A stretch of DNA of 64,000 bases, taken from NCBI GenBank assembly GCA_963771355.1, contig CAVYTA010000006.1, positions 2,496,001 through 2,560,000 of the forward strand, read 5' to 3'. Below are positions 62,715-64,000 of the stretch, piece by piece (positions within the stretch are counted from its first letter, which is position 1; every line of letters begins with the position of its first letter). A program made the position numbers and the translations under genes. Source of the stretch: an uncultured Candidatus Rokubacteria bacterium. GTDB lineage: Bacteria > Methylomirabilota > Methylomirabilia > Rokubacteriales > CSP1-6. The notes below the pieces were generated by a model. The model did not search any database. It was not told the origin of the DNA and saw only the letters and a program-made list of their open reading frames with translations.

Positions 62715-63456
62715 GGATCTCGGCCAGGCGCGGGTAGGCGTCGGGAGTGAGGCAGCCGCCGATGACGAGCGGGCGCGCCGCTCCGGCGGCGAGCAGGCGC
62801 GGGATCGCGAGGCCCGTCTCCAGCTTGCCGTGAAGCCAGGGCAGCAGCGAGGCGCCGAAGCGCGCGCGGAGCGCCTCGAGGGCCCGCGGGAGGTATGCCG
62901 CGCCCTCCGGCGCCTTGGCCTCGATCTCCACCTCGTGATGGCGGACGGCGCCCGCGTCCAGTCGATAGGTCACCGCGTCGATGGCCAGCTCGGCGAGGAC
63001 GGCACCCCCCTCGCCCAGCGCGTTCCGGAGCCGCCGGTGCGTCGCGCGCTCCTGTAGCGCCTCGAGCCCCATCGCCCGCAGCGCCGCGACGGGCTCTCCC
63101 GCCGCCGGCGCCACTCCGAGGGCGATCCCGCGGGCGGCGAGGAGCGCCCGCAGGCGATCGAGCGCCGCGGCGGACCAGGGCTCCTCGATCTCCTCGCGCT
63201 CGAGCACGCCGGGGTCCACCTCGCGGCTGGACCCCTTCAGCGTGAGCAGCGTTTCGTCGTCCGCCACCCGCACCCGCAGCGCGTCCCCCCGGCGGCTCAG
63301 CGCGCGCGCCGGCGTATCGAGGTACACGTCGCGGAGCGCGACCTCGCCGGCGGAGACGAGACGCGCCCCCGCGAGATGATCCAGGGCCGCGACGGCGTCC
63401 GCGATGGCCTCCGGCCGCGCGTCGCGGATGACGAGCTTGGCTTCACGCTCCGCCAA
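62680..63456 (-). CDS. CYTH-domain protein
   Basis: EREAK, DVYLDT, LRVR, LTLKG, EVEIE. Confidence 0.88.
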   Translation of the reverse strand: MAEREAKLVIRDARPEAIADAVAALDHLAGARLVSAGEVALRDVYLDTPARALSRRGDALRVRVADDETLLTLKGSSREVDPGVLEREEIEEPWSAAALDRLRALLAARGIALGVAPAAGEPVAALRAMGLEALQERATHRRLRNALGEGGAVLAELAIDAVTYRLDAGAVRHHEVEIEAKAPEGAAYLPRALEALRARFGASLLPWLHGKLETGLAIPRLLAAGAARPLVIGGCLTPDAYPRLAEILSDAPAPPGAG

Positions 63457-64000
63457 GGGCTGTCACGCGCGGCATCACCTCGGCGGCGAAGAGATCGATG
63501 GAGGCGGCGGCCCCCTCCTCGCTCATCTCGCCGAACATGAGCCGGCAGGCGAAGTAGGTGCAGCCGCTGTCCGTCACCTGGCGCTCGATCTCCTCGCGCA
63601 CGCGCGCGGGCGTGCCCGCGATGGCCACGCCGCGCTGGCGCGCCTCGTCGAAATCCCGGGCGAAGCGGAAGGGCACCGCGCCGTAGTCGCGCCAGAGCTT
63701 GGTGAGGTTCGCGTACCAGGCGGCATAGGCGGGGCGGGCCAGCGCCTCCGCCGCCGCCTCGGTGGGCGCCACCACCACGTGGCGCGACATGCCGAGCCGC
63801 GGCAGGGGCGCGCCACCGTGCTTGCGCTGCCAGGTCTCGCGATAGCGCTCGAAGAGCGGGCGCGAGGCCTCGCTGGGGCTATTGCTGATGACGTTGACGC
63901 GGTTGGTGGCCGCCCAGTCCGCGCCGGCGGCATGACCGAGCCCGTACCACAGCGGCGGGTGCGGCTGCTGGAAGGGACGCAGCACCATGGGGACTTTCCG
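63443..64000 (-). CDS. LLM-class oxidoreductase, 3' part
   Basis: PFQQPHPPLWYG, AGTP, LFAAEVMP. Confidence 0.85.
   Translation of the reverse strand, partial: RKVPMVLRPFQQPHPPLWYGLGHAAGADWAATNRVNVISNSPSEASRPLFERYRETWQRKHGGAPLPRLGMSRHVVVAPTEAAAEALARPAYAAWYANLTKLWRDYGAVPFRFARDFDEARQRGVAIAGTPARVREEIERQVTDSGCTYFACRLMFGEMSEEGAAASIDLFAAEVMPRVTALGGA

Overview
A very GC-rich, gene-dense bacterial window with about 65 genes. The many solute-binding proteins, LLM oxidoreductases and TRAP systems resemble Ca. Rokubacteria/Methylomirabilota, but that placement is inference only. Main observations: (1) bases 1-2466 form an integron gene-cassette array on the minus strand, with two canonical attC sites, an attI-like site and no integrase beside it; two of the three cassettes encode paralogous ABC solute-binding proteins. 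(2) Two selenoproteins are split in the ORF track by in-frame UGA codons followed by SECIS-like hairpins: a ResA/TlpA-like WUGC protein coupled to an LMW-PTP/ArsC-like gene, and a UGSC-family protein heading an operon with an unknown partner and a TRAP transporter. (3) A DNA-repair operon encodes a PolX-PHP lacking polymerase aspartates, an uncharacterised 203-aa protein, a LigD-type primase-polymerase and LigC, with no Ku in the window. (4) A peptide-ABC operon ends in an ACP plus a Ser-less carrier/Cys-thioesterase with no adenylation enzyme. (5) The window also holds a histone-H1-like protein, a stand-alone MreB paralogue, sigma54-driven small proteins, apparent widespread leaderless starts, and several frameshifts that may be assembly errors. 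No rRNA, tRNA, CRISPR array or transposase was recognised.
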